From the NCBI GenBank assembly GCA_036676395.1, contig JAKFCY010000002.1:1376001-1440000 (forward strand): 64,000 nt of DNA, written 5' to 3'. The notes under the pieces are model-generated. The model did no database searches. It was given only the letters and a program-made list of their open reading frames with translations, and was not told the origin of the DNA. The position numbers and the translations under genes were made by a program. This document shows positions 9,518 to 19,618 of this stretch, piece after piece. The stretch is from Bdellovibrio sp. Its GTDB lineage: Bacteria; Bdellovibrionota; Bdellovibrionia; Bdellovibrionales; Bdellovibrionaceae. Numbering within the stretch: the stretch's first letter is position 1; every line of letters starts with the position of its first letter.

Positions 9518-12500
9518 GTGAATCACGTAAGCTGGCAGACACGATATCTGAATATTTTCAGTTATATTTTTTTCGTATTTATTATTGTAAATACGCTATC
9601 TGCATTTGCGGGCCCTGCAAATACAACCTATCAGGCAAAAATTATTAAACCTGATGGCTTTCCGCTTGAAGCCACGAGCGTAAATTTTAAATTTACGATT
9701 TTAAATCCAACTGGCGATTGTATTTTGTATTCTGAAACTTATTCTTCGGTGAATATGTCTGGGGCGGGTGGATTAATTTCTTTTGCGTTAGGCAGTGGGG
9801 TTAAAACTTATCCGGTCAGCGCCACAACTTTTGAACAAGTTTTTTCGAATGTAACTTCAAGTTTATCTTGTGACACTGGTGGCCCGGTTTCTTATTCGCC
9901 TTTAGCTGCAGATACGCGAAAAATTGTGATGCAATTTCATGATGGCACTGGTTGGCAGACGTTACCCGCAATGAATATCAATGCGGTACCGTATGCGATG
10001 TATGCTAATGAAGCGCAAAAAATTTCAGGACTACCAACATGCAATCCTGCTGAAGCCTTATCTTATAATGGAGTAAGTTTTACTTGTGAAACGATCAGCG
10101 GTGCGGGTGGTGTTACTTCTTCAACGATCACTGCTGCTTTAGGTTATACGCCAGCTGATAACGCGGCTATCACAAATATAACTACAAATGTTTCAAGTGT
10201 TTCGACAACTCTATTTTCGGTTTCGTCGACAGTTTCAACATTAACAAATACTGTAGCAGCTTCGTTTTCGACAATCACCAGTTCGCAGTGGTTAACAAGC
10301 GGTACTACAATTAGTTATTCTTCTGGCTTTGTGGGTATCGGTATCGGAACCGGGAATCCAACTTCAGCATTACAAGTTTCGGGTTCTGCGCAAATTTCTG
10401 GGCAAGTGTTGCTTGGTAAAAATCCTGCGACGGGCGGAGTTTTTAATTTTGGTCCACTGCTTGGTGATAATGTGGCTTATAGCGGGCCTTTCTTTTTGCA
10501 AGAGACAATAACTGATCTTTCTGCGGCTCACACGGTAGGACATGGCGTATCGATTAAATTAAATGGAAGCGCAAACAGCAGCGGTTTAGTTTTTAATGGA
10601 TTAAATTTTTTACAAGTGCAGTCAGGTAGTACCGTCAACTATGGAAGTTTGTTTGGTGATTTGGGTATTGTTGAACATGATGGAAGCGGAAGCACTTCAG
10701 ATATGACGGGCATGAGTGCTTTAGCTCTGAAAAGCGGATCAGGCACAGTGTTTTCGATTCAAGCTATGAATGGGCGCTCTTATGTTTATGGCGGATCAGT
10801 CACCAATGCCTACGGTGCTTTTTTTGGCTCTGCAAATGCTGGCGGAAACATTACTAATAACTATGGAGTGTGGATTGATTCAGCAATAAATACTGGTGCC
10901 GTTGCAAATAATTATGGTTTGTATATTAATGATCAAAATTTTGTAACAGCATCGCAAACTTACAATATTTATTCTGCGGGCTCTAATAGTAGAAATGCTT
11001 TTATGGGTTTTGTCGGTATTGGCACTGCCGCACCAAATGCGAGATTACATCTTACGGCAGGCAATGCTTCATACGCGCCATTTAAATTTACCAGCGGCAC
11101 GCTACTAACAACGCCTGCCTCAGGGGCAATCGAATACGATGGTTTTAATTTATATTACACCGACGGCACTAACACTCGTCGCACGATTGCCACGGGTTCT
11201 GGGGTAACATCAGCAGCGATTGTTTCAGCACTTGGATATACTCCGGCAAACAGTGCAACGGTTGCAACACTTTCATCAACAGTGACAAGTCTTACGGCAA
11301 CTGTTTCTGGTGTTGTATCTTCACAATGGGCAACAAGTGGTACTGCAATTAATTATTTAACAGGAAATGTGGGTGTTGGATTAACAAATCCAGCGCAGGC
11401 TCTCGATGTGAGCGGAACTATCAAGGCTACAAAATTTTATGCCGGTGATGGGGCATTTAATTTGCCATCAATCACTTTTGCAAATAGTTCAAACACTGGG
11501 TTTTACAATGCGGGTGGTAGCCTTGGTATTTCTGTTGGTGGTGGGCTTAAAGGAACTTGGTCTTCTAATAGCCTGGGTTTTAATGCCGGCGGCGCTGGTC
11601 CGCAAATATATTTTACTGGCGGCAATGCGGCTCAGCCGTCGTACGCGTTTAATGTGGATTCTGATACGGGAATGTTTAATCCGAATGCTTCGGGTGGCAG
11701 TAACGAATTAGGGTTTTCAACTTCAGGAACAGAAAAACTTCGTATTTTATCAACGGGTGATGTGGGTATTGCGACAAGTTCTCCTTTAGGAAAACTTGAT
11801 ATTGCCTGGGGCGGAGCAAGCGGTTTAGTTGGCGGCGCTGATATGAGCGCCTCAACAAGAACTAATAACACGAATAAATGGTTTCGTTACTCGCAAGCGC
11901 ACTATGCCAATGCGACGACGCCATTTTTGGCGATGATGACGGGTTCAACCAGTACAGAAAATGGTGTGTATTTTGGCGGAGGCACTGCGCTTCAACCCAA
12001 CGCTACGGCTTTGCATTTTTACACGGGCACAAGTCAATCAACCGATGGCGCGGCTGTTGAGCGGATGAGTATTATTGCAAATGGTAATGTCGGCATAGGT
12101 GTTACCGGACCAACTGCTAAATTGCATGTGCGCCAGTTAGCTTCTGAATCGCCATTTAGCGTCGACAAATCAGATGGTACAAACGTTATGACCGTGGATT
12201 GGGCGGGTCGTATTACCATGGATACAAACGTCAATTCGACTGTTCCGATGTTAACCGTGGGTAATGGAAATTTCGGCGGTCGTTTACTTGTATTAAATGG
12301 TAAAACAGGTAACACAAATAATCTTCTTGAAGCCAAACACAATAGCTCGGACAAATTTGTTGTAACCTACACGGGTGCAACAGGTATTGGCACAAGCAAT
12401 CCAACAACAGCGTTACATATTGTAAGTAGTGGCGCGGCCACAGCAAGAGGGCTACGCATTAATTCGACAGGCACAGGCAACAGCATTTTTGCTGAAGCGC

Positions 12501-13834
12501 AGTTTGCCTCGGATGCACGTGAATTTCGTATTGGTGTGGCCGGAGCTTCGGAGACAACATATAATGTGCCTGGAAAATTTTATCTTTTTGATAACAACGC
12601 CAATGCGATGCGCATGGTCGTTGATTCAAGTGGCAACCTCGGTGTTGGCACAACAACTCCAGCTTATAAATTTTCGCTTTATCAGGGAACGGGCAGTGTT
12701 GTCGCCAATGTTGAAAGCGGTAACAATGGTTCAGCCGCATACACACGTACGACCGGTAAAACATCTGGTGGAGTTACGCGCACGATGGGATCTGGTTTAA
12801 ATATCAGTGATAGCAATGGTAATTTTGAACTTTACGATTTTACTGCAGGCGCATCACGGCTTTATGTGAATGCCGCAGGTAACATCGGTATTGGCACAAC
12901 GGCGCCATCAAATATTCTTTCTGTGGGAGCAGATTTAGGGGCGATGGTAAATTCTTCGAGCACAATAACTCTTGGAAGCGCAAGTACAAATACTCTATTT
13001 ACCTTAGGGCAAGATGCGACCAATCGTGGACGAATCAGATGGAATTATAACACTACACCAGCAAGTGCTTTTATGTCAGTTGGTTCAAACGTTGGTCAGG
13101 CCTTAGTTTTACAAGACAACGGTGGCAACGTCGGAATTGGTACGACGACGCCTACAAATACTCTTTCGATTGTTGGTTCAGAAAAACAAATTTATATTCG
13201 CGATTCTGATGACCCCACCGGAGTATGGGCGATCGGTACAGTCGGTGCAGATAATAAACATTTAAATTTTATTGATGATAATGCCAATGTGCGAATGACG
13301 CTGACTGAATCGGGCGCATTAGGCATCGGAACGTCATCGCCAGCTTATGCCTTAGATGTTAGCGGCGATATCCGAATCACCGGTACACCTTACCGCAATG
13401 GCGGAGATTCGGCATGGATTGTGCCTTCAGATGCGCGACTTAAAGATGTAGTTTCAACTTATGATCGTGGTTTGCGTGAAATCGCAAATATTGATACAAT
13501 TATTTTTAATTATAAAAAAGATAATCCAAAACAAATTGATGCGTCAGTGAAATACACCGGAGTTTTAGCGCAACAAGTACAGCAGCAAATTCCTGAAGCT
13601 GTTAAAGTTGAAAAAGATGGATTTTTATCGCTGAACACGACTCCCATATTTTGGGCGATGATTAATGCGATTAAAGAACTTTATCATGATGTCTTGGGTA
13701 TCAAAGCCGAAAATGCGCAGTTAAAAGCGCAAAGTATTGAGCAAGCGCGTAAGATTCAAAGTCTAGAAGAAGAAAATGCGGCTGTTAAAGCGCGATTAGA
13801 GCGTATTGAAAAAGCTCTTGAAAAAACAAAATAA
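9518..13834 (+). CDS. Trimeric fibre adhesin with C-terminal peptidase S74 intramolecular chaperone (Bdellovibrio MAT-like)
   Basis: Signal peptide, many GNVGIGTTxP repeats, SDARLK autocleavage motif, GVLAQQVQ..IPEAV, terminal coiled coil. Confidence 0.88.
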   Translation: MNHVSWQTRYLNIFSYIFFVFIIVNTLSAFAGPANTTYQAKIIKPDGFPLEATSVNFKFTILNPTGDCILYSETYSSVNMSGAGGLISFALGSGVKTYPVSATTFEQVFSNVTSSLSCDTGGPVSYSPLAADTRKIVMQFHDGTGWQTLPAMNINAVPYAMYANEAQKISGLPTCNPAEALSYNGVSFTCETISGAGGVTSSTITAALGYTPADNAAITNITTNVSSVSTTLFSVSSTVSTLTNTVAASFSTITSSQWLTSGTTISYSSGFVGIGIGTGNPTSALQVSGSAQISGQVLLGKNPATGGVFNFGPLLGDNVAYSGPFFLQETITDLSAAHTVGHGVSIKLNGSANSSGLVFNGLNFLQVQSGSTVNYGSLFGDLGIVEHDGSGSTSDMTGMSALALKSGSGTVFSIQAMNGRSYVYGGSVTNAYGAFFGSANAGGNITNNYGVWIDSAINTGAVANNYGLYINDQNFVTASQTYNIYSAGSNSRNAFMGFVGIGTAAPNARLHLTAGNASYAPFKFTSGTLLTTPASGAIEYDGFNLYYTDGTNTRRTIATGSGVTSAAIVSALGYTPANSATVATLSSTVTSLTATVSGVVSSQWATSGTAINYLTGNVGVGLTNPAQALDVSGTIKATKFYAGDGAFNLPSITFANSSNTGFYNAGGSLGISVGGGLKGTWSSNSLGFNAGGAGPQIYFTGGNAAQPSYAFNVDSDTGMFNPNASGGSNELGFSTSGTEKLRILSTGDVGIATSSPLGKLDIAWGGASGLVGGADMSASTRTNNTNKWFRYSQAHYANATTPFLAMMTGSTSTENGVYFGGGTALQPNATALHFYTGTSQSTDGAAVERMSIIANGNVGIGVTGPTAKLHVRQLASESPFSVDKSDGTNVMTVDWAGRITMDTNVNSTVPMLTVGNGNFGGRLLVLNGKTGNTNNLLEAKHNSSDKFVVTYTGATGIGTSNPTTALHIVSSGAATARGLRINSTGTGNSIFAEAQFASDAREFRIGVAGASETTYNVPGKFYLFDNNANAMRMVVDSSGNLGVGTTTPAYKFSLYQGTGSVVANVESGNNGSAAYTRTTGKTSGGVTRTMGSGLNISDSNGNFELYDFTAGASRLYVNAAGNIGIGTTAPSNILSVGADLGAMVNSSSTITLGSASTNTLFTLGQDATNRGRIRWNYNTTPASAFMSVGSNVGQALVLQDNGGNVGIGTTTPTNTLSIVGSEKQIYIRDSDDPTGVWAIGTVGADNKHLNFIDDNANVRMTLTESGALGIGTSSPAYALDVSGDIRITGTPYRNGGDSAWIVPSDARLKDVVSTYDRGLREIANIDTIIFNYKKDNPKQIDASVKYTGVLAQQVQQQIPEAVKVEKDGFLSLNTTPIFWAMINAIKELYHDVLGIKAENAQLKAQSIEQARKIQSLEEENAAVKARLERIEKALEKTK

Positions 13835-13892
13835 ATAATCGTTTTAAGGTACAGTCTTTGCTTCTTTGTTTATTAGGATGCAAGGAGGCATT

Positions 13893-14534
13893 ATGACCAT
13901 CGCTGATAATCAAGAAACAACCTATTCGACTTCAAATGGTAACGGATTTTTTCATACCATGCTGCATGACTTGCGAAAATCGTTGCGCGGCGAGGCTCAT
14001 ACTATTGCTGAAATTCGCCAAGAGATGAATGCAGCTTTGCGCAAACAAACGAAACTTATTGATGCACTTAAAGACCATCATAATTACATCAAAGAATCAC
14101 TGGTGGTTTGTTTAGATCGAGATACTCAAGATAATGAAAAACAAATTCATCTGGATCGATTGCTTAAATTATTCGAAATGCATGCCAAAGCCGAAGAGCA
14201 AACACTGTATAAACTGATGATCGCAAGTTCAGAAAAATTACCGCGCGTAGACGGTAGTCTTGCTCAAGATGAACATGAAATTATTTATCAGCTGGCAGAT
14301 CAGCTGCGTGATATGCATTTTCAATCGCTATGGACAGAAGATGTCGAAGCCAAATGTTTAGTTCTTTGCGAGTTAATAGTGAATCATTTTAAAAAAGAAG
14401 AATCAGAGATTTTTCCGGTAGCAAAAGATCGAATTAATTCAGGCCAGTTAAATGATACGGCTTCAGACTATCTCAATTTATGTGAAAATTATTTAGCTAT
14501 GAGCGAAATACGGGCTAAGGGTATATTTTTATAA
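13893..14534 (+). CDS. Hemerythrin/HHE cation-binding domain protein
   Basis: LKDHH, HAKAEEQTLY, EHE, HFKKEESEIFP motifs; AGGAGG RBS before the ATG at 13893. Confidence 0.8.
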   Translation: MTIADNQETTYSTSNGNGFFHTMLHDLRKSLRGEAHTIAEIRQEMNAALRKQTKLIDALKDHHNYIKESLVVCLDRDTQDNEKQIHLDRLLKLFEMHAKAEEQTLYKLMIASSEKLPRVDGSLAQDEHEIIYQLADQLRDMHFQSLWTEDVEAKCLVLCELIVNHFKKEESEIFPVAKDRINSGQLNDTASDYLNLCENYLAMSEIRAKGIFL

Positions 14535-14616
14535 ACGTTTTTAACTGCATTTTAACCGAGGCAGTCCTGCTGCCGGCAAAGTATTTTTTCATAAGCATTG
14601 TGAATGAGAAAATGGT

Positions 14617-14644
14617 TAAACCCATAGACGGTTTCTACCGATTC
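14617..14644 (+). promoter_or_regulatory. Sigma28 (FliA)-type promoter
   Basis: TAAA-N16-ACCGATTC, then 7 nt to the GTG start; same geometry as at 9483. Confidence 0.55.
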
Positions 14645-14651
14645 GTACTCT

Positions 14652-17600
14652 GTGAAACGAACCGCTGGACGTGCACTGTCTCATATTGCGACTGCTATTT
14701 TTCTGCTATTTTGCAGTCTGCTTGCTTTTGCTGGTCCCGCAAGAACTACTTATCAAGCAAAAATTATTAAACCAGATGGTTATCCACTTGAAGCGGCTAG
14801 TGTGAATTTTAAATTTACTATTTTAGATCCAGCCGGTGCTTGTATTTTATATTCTGAAACTTATTCTTCGGTGAATATGACTTCAACGGGCGGATTAATT
14901 TCTTTCTCGTTAGGATCGGGTGTGAAAACTTATCCTGTTTCTAGTCCAACTTTTGAAGATGTGTTTTCAAATATTACTCCTAACTTATCTTGTGATGTTG
15001 GTGGTCCAGTAAGTTATTCGCCGTTAGCAACTGATACCAGAAAAATAGTGATGCAGTTTCATGATGGCAGTGGCTGGCAAACTTTGCCTGCAATGAATAT
15101 CAATGCCGTACCTTATGCGATGTTTGCAAACGAAGCTTTAACATTAAACGGAAAATCTGATTCTGCTTTTGTTGAAGTGGCTAGTATTCCCACGTGTTTA
15201 TCAACTGAAGCGCTTCGCTATAACGGCACAAGCTTTTCGTGCGTAACTACAGCAGATGTTTCGGCAGCTGCCGTAGTTGCTGCTCTTGGTTACACGCCGG
15301 CCACCGGCGCAAGTGTGACAGCGCTTGTATCTTCGCTTGCGACAACAGATTCATTGTTGTCGCAAGTGTCAGCGACGGTGTTTTCAGTTTCAGCAACAGT
15401 GTCTTCGTTAGCAAATTCGGTTTCAGCACTGACTTCATCACAGTGGTTAAGTTCGGGCACTTCGATCAGCTATGATGCCGGAAATGTTGGTATTGGCACT
15501 AGTTCTCCAACCAGCTTGTTGCATCTGTATTCTGAATCAGCTGTTTTTCAGCAGTTATTAATCGACGCAGCTAGAAATAGCGCAGGTTCTTACGGTTTAG
15601 TTTTTCAAAAATCGCGTGGCAATACCTCACTAAGAACACCTACTTTGAACGGAGACCGACTTGGAGAATTAATTTTTCAAGCCTACACCGATGGTTCTTA
15701 TCCTGGTGAATCAGCTAAAATTCGCGTGACCGCTGCAGAGACCGCAAGTGCTACCGGTGTTGGTGGTCGCATACAATTTATGACGACAGCAGTTGGTGCG
15801 TCGGCACCAGTTGAAAGAGTGCGGTTTGAATCAGATGGCCATGTCGGCATCGGCACAACAACTCCTGTTACAAGTTTAGATGTTTCTGGCGGCGTGCGTA
15901 TCAGCATGGAATCAGCAACCTGTGCGGTAAGCTTTGCCGGAACTTTACGCTATAATTCAGGACTCGTAGAATACTGTAATGGTGCCACATGGTCTGCATT
16001 TGGTGTGGCGGGTGCAGGAATCACTTTACTTAATGGTTCGGTTTCTGGAACACAAAGTTTTGTGACAGGGATCTCTGGAACAAATTTTAATATTAGCTCT
16101 ACAAATGGAGTTCACAGTTTTAATATTCCACAAGCTTCATCGGCTGCGGTGACTGCGGGTTTATTGTCGAATGCAGATTATGTAATATTTAATAGTAAAG
16201 TCAGTGCAACTTCAGCGTCGGTGATTACAGCTTTAGGTTACACTCCTGCAAGTGCGACAGCAGTTGCAGCGTTATCTACAACTACGGCCGCTAGTTTCTC
16301 TGCAATAACTTCATCACAATGGGTAACATCAGGTTCAGCTATTCATTATAATTCAGGCTATGTCGGCATTGGCGTTTCAGGTCCGTTATCACGCCTCACC
16401 GTGGCCAATGTTACACCCGATACACCTATCGTCGCAGAAGGTGCGAATTCGATTTCAATTTTTGGTGATGGGCACGCTTACTTTCAAGGCCGTGATGTTA
16501 CAAATGGTGTTGAATTTGTTATGGGGACAAGCACTGCTGCAGGTGAAGTTTTCGCGGGCAGTATGTCGGATCATACTTTTACTTTACGTACTGGTAATAA
16601 TCGCCGCATGGTGTTTACAGCCAGTGGTGCAGTTGGCGTTGGAATCACTTCTCCGACGGCTAAACTTCATATTGGTGCGGGCAGCAGCACGCTACCATCG
16701 TTAAAACTGACTTCAAGTACATTGCTGTCTGCACCGCAAGCGGGCAGCATAGAGTATGATGGTTTTAATTTTTTTATTACTGATGGCTCCGACACTCGTC
16801 GCGCCATTGCTTCGGATGACAATACAAATTTTACCGCAGGTCATATCGTAGCTTCAGGTAGCTTAAATTTAACGAACAGTGCCAATTTATATTTAACGGC
16901 CACGGCTTCAGATGTGGGCGATATTATTTTTCAAGAGGCCAGTGGCACACAAAAAGGTCGTATCTGGTCAAACCCTTCAGCGGTCGGACTTTTCTTAAGC
17001 TCGGGAGACACCACTCCTGACATTACGATTAATGCTGCAGGAAACGTTGGTATTGGCACGCAGACTCCGACTGAAAAATTAGAAGTCAGCGGCGCTATTA
17101 AAGTTCCAGGTGTTGGTCAGATTGGTCCCGCGGGTGGTTTTGGATACGCCATGTATACAACAGGCACAAATAATTTTATCGGGCAAATGTATGGCTCGGC
17201 GTCGGGTGTGCAATTCACCAATAGCGTTGGTTCGAACACATTTTTTATCAGCGAAAGCGGTCGGGCTGGGCTTGGAACAAGTTCTCCGACAGCACTTTTA
17301 AATCTTGTCGGCACAGATGCGTATAATAATTTACTTATCGATTCAGCGAACTATTCAGCATTGACTGCGCGGGGCGGGGCTACATCTGGTTGGCCACTTG
17401 TGCAGTTAAGTCATCAAGGAGCTGGCGGAAAAAGCTGGAATATCGAAGCCGGTCGCCATTCTTCAGATAGTTTTGGAATTTACGATACGGCTTCAGGAAC
17501 CACACGTTTTTCTATTTCCTCATTAGGAAATATCGGTATCGGTACAGTGGCGCCGACAAATACTTTAGATGTTGTCGGGTTTGGGTTAAATGTCACGCGC

Positions 17601-19211
17601 GAACAAACTTTTGGCACGATAGCCACTTTCAAAAAAGCTTACACGGCAACGTTTAATGAAGATCCATACGTTCAGTTTTTGCATCAAACTGCATCCGGTG
17701 GAGTCTTTGGGCGCTATGGGTATATTCAATCAGGGCAAAGTCATAGCGGTATGACAGTTCAAGCCGAAGATGGTTTAGGTACTCCTGCCAATTTAATGTT
17801 AAATAAATCAGGTGGTAGCGTTGGTGTGGGCACGTCTTCTGCCGCAAGTATGACGGCCAGATTCAATGTTGTGGGTTCGTCAGCCGGCGAAGTTGCGCAG
17901 TATATTCATAATACAAATCCTGCAGGTTATTCTGTGATTCGTATGAATAATAACTGGGGAGGCTTTGCCAGCGGTACAGCTCTGCATAGTTTTGGCCCTG
18001 GTTATGGGGCTGCGGGCTCTGCGTATTCACCGTTGACGACAACACTAACTGGTTTTGAATCAGGTGGTTTAAACCTGCACGCCAATGTGGGACCGATTCG
18101 TTTTTTCACCGGCGGCAATGATGCCGTAAACCAACAAATGCATTTAACTGCTGCCGGAAATTTTGGTATTGGTACCAGTGCTCCAGTTGTTAAAACTCAT
18201 ATTTATGGTCAAGTTGACGGCCCGTTTGTTGGTCTTGCAATTGATAACAGAAAAATTTACGGTGCTGGTACCGGTATAAATGAAACAAGTCGCATGATTT
18301 TTTCACTGAGTGAAGCGGGAGCTCCAAATGTGACAGATCGGGTGATGGGGTATATCGAAGCCGGCACGCATAGCGAAATTTCTTCTTCTGATACCTTTAT
18401 GGCTTTCGGCACAAGATCAGGTGGGCCTGGCACCGAGACTGAAAAAATGAGAATAAATTATACCGGCAATGTCGGTATCGGAACAAGTGCGCCAACAGCG
18501 CGCTTAAATATTGGCGGTCTTGGTGCAGCCAATGCGACAGCTCTTCGCATTGATTCGCAAGATACGTATTATCGCGATATTTTTATGAGCGAATTTAATA
18601 CGACAACGTATGGTGGTATTTTGCGTTACAATTCGGGTTCTGATTTGTTGCAATTAATTACGTTAGAAAACAGTGTTGAAAAATATGGTATCGCCGTTGC
18701 GCGCGCCACTGGATTTGTTGGTGTTGGCAGAAATTCAGCCGCTGCATATCAACTGGATGTAAGCGGAAGTGTTCGTATCAGCGGCGAAGCCTTTCGCGAT
18801 GACGGGGTGGCAACGTGGGCCATGACATCAGATGCGCGTCTAAAAGATGTGGTGTCTGGTTATGATCGCGGTTTAAATGAAATTTTAAATATCGATACTA
18901 TTGTTTTTAAATATAAAAAAGATAATCCTAAAAAATTAAATTCAGAGAAAGAATTTCCGGGAGTCCTGGCGCAACAAGTGCAAAAAGTTATTCCTGAAGC
19001 GGTAAATACAGATAAGGATGGATTTTTATCTTTGAATACGACTCCGATTATTTGGGCGATGTTAAATGCGATCAAAGACGTATATCATGAAGTGACGGGT
19101 GTTCAGCGTGAAATAGCTTCGCTGAAAGAAGAAAATCTTGCGAAAGAGCAAGAGATTAAAGAATTAAAAGAGCGTTTAGATCGTATTGAAAAATCATTGC
19201 AAAATAAATAA
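14652..19211 (+). CDS. Second trimeric fibre adhesin with peptidase S74 chaperone (MAT-like paralog)
   Basis: N-terminal domain nearly identical to 9518..13834; GNVGIGT repeats, SDARLK, coiled-coil end. Confidence 0.88.
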   Translation: MKRTAGRALSHIATAIFLLFCSLLAFAGPARTTYQAKIIKPDGYPLEAASVNFKFTILDPAGACILYSETYSSVNMTSTGGLISFSLGSGVKTYPVSSPTFEDVFSNITPNLSCDVGGPVSYSPLATDTRKIVMQFHDGSGWQTLPAMNINAVPYAMFANEALTLNGKSDSAFVEVASIPTCLSTEALRYNGTSFSCVTTADVSAAAVVAALGYTPATGASVTALVSSLATTDSLLSQVSATVFSVSATVSSLANSVSALTSSQWLSSGTSISYDAGNVGIGTSSPTSLLHLYSESAVFQQLLIDAARNSAGSYGLVFQKSRGNTSLRTPTLNGDRLGELIFQAYTDGSYPGESAKIRVTAAETASATGVGGRIQFMTTAVGASAPVERVRFESDGHVGIGTTTPVTSLDVSGGVRISMESATCAVSFAGTLRYNSGLVEYCNGATWSAFGVAGAGITLLNGSVSGTQSFVTGISGTNFNISSTNGVHSFNIPQASSAAVTAGLLSNADYVIFNSKVSATSASVITALGYTPASATAVAALSTTTAASFSAITSSQWVTSGSAIHYNSGYVGIGVSGPLSRLTVANVTPDTPIVAEGANSISIFGDGHAYFQGRDVTNGVEFVMGTSTAAGEVFAGSMSDHTFTLRTGNNRRMVFTASGAVGVGITSPTAKLHIGAGSSTLPSLKLTSSTLLSAPQAGSIEYDGFNFFITDGSDTRRAIASDDNTNFTAGHIVASGSLNLTNSANLYLTATASDVGDIIFQEASGTQKGRIWSNPSAVGLFLSSGDTTPDITINAAGNVGIGTQTPTEKLEVSGAIKVPGVGQIGPAGGFGYAMYTTGTNNFIGQMYGSASGVQFTNSVGSNTFFISESGRAGLGTSSPTALLNLVGTDAYNNLLIDSANYSALTARGGATSGWPLVQLSHQGAGGKSWNIEAGRHSSDSFGIYDTASGTTRFSISSLGNIGIGTVAPTNTLDVVGFGLNVTREQTFGTIATFKKAYTATFNEDPYVQFLHQTASGGVFGRYGYIQSGQSHSGMTVQAEDGLGTPANLMLNKSGGSVGVGTSSAASMTARFNVVGSSAGEVAQYIHNTNPAGYSVIRMNNNWGGFASGTALHSFGPGYGAAGSAYSPLTTTLTGFESGGLNLHANVGPIRFFTGGNDAVNQQMHLTAAGNFGIGTSAPVVKTHIYGQVDGPFVGLAIDNRKIYGAGTGINETSRMIFSLSEAGAPNVTDRVMGYIEAGTHSEISSSDTFMAFGTRSGGPGTETEKMRINYTGNVGIGTSAPTARLNIGGLGAANATALRIDSQDTYYRDIFMSEFNTTTYGGILRYNSGSDLLQLITLENSVEKYGIAVARATGFVGVGRNSAAAYQLDVSGSVRISGEAFRDDGVATWAMTSDARLKDVVSGYDRGLNEILNIDTIVFKYKKDNPKKLNSEKEFPGVLAQQVQKVIPEAVNTDKDGFLSLNTTPIIWAMLNAIKDVYHEVTGVQREIASLKEENLAKEQEIKELKERLDRIEKSLQNK

Positions 19212-19213
19212 AA

Positions 19214-19618
19214 CTATTCGCACTCAATAAAATTTGTTATTTCGCCATCGCTCCAGGCCATCGTGCGTTTAAGCTCGGCCACGTCGTAGCTGTAGGTCAC
19301 CTTTTTGATAAAAATAATTGCAAGCATTCCTACTTTAAGAGTTAAAATATTATCACCAGTAATGGCCCATTGAAAAGTTTCTGGGTTTGTTTGTTGATCT
19401 GGTTTTGTGGCGGTAGCGGTAAGATCTTTATTGAATTGCCATTTGTACTCAGTCGCCCCAGTTGTCGTATTTCGTTGGCACCAGTTATTGGCTACAAGGT
19501 TATTGATCGCAAGCTCATTAACCTGAGATCTGGGTTCGGTTCTTAGAGGGTTTGGTTCTGGAGCGCAAGCCATTAAAAACAGAAAAAATAATAAAATCAA
19601 TCCTATTTGTTTTTTCAT
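19214..19618 (-). CDS. Hypothetical lipoprotein
   Basis: Lipobox LMAC; overlaps the nnrD stop by 4 nt. Confidence 0.7.
   Translation of the reverse strand: MKKQIGLILLFFLFLMACAPEPNPLRTEPRSQVNELAINNLVANNWCQRNTTTGATEYKWQFNKDLTATATKPDQQTNPETFQWAITGDNILTLKVGMLAIIFIKKVTYSYDVAELKRTMAWSDGEITNFIECE

Noticed and set aside
9518..19211. Prophage, suggested by tail-fibre and S74 domains
   Set aside because: Both genes have Sec signal peptides and host-type promoters, and there is no integrase, capsid, terminase or lysis gene nearby
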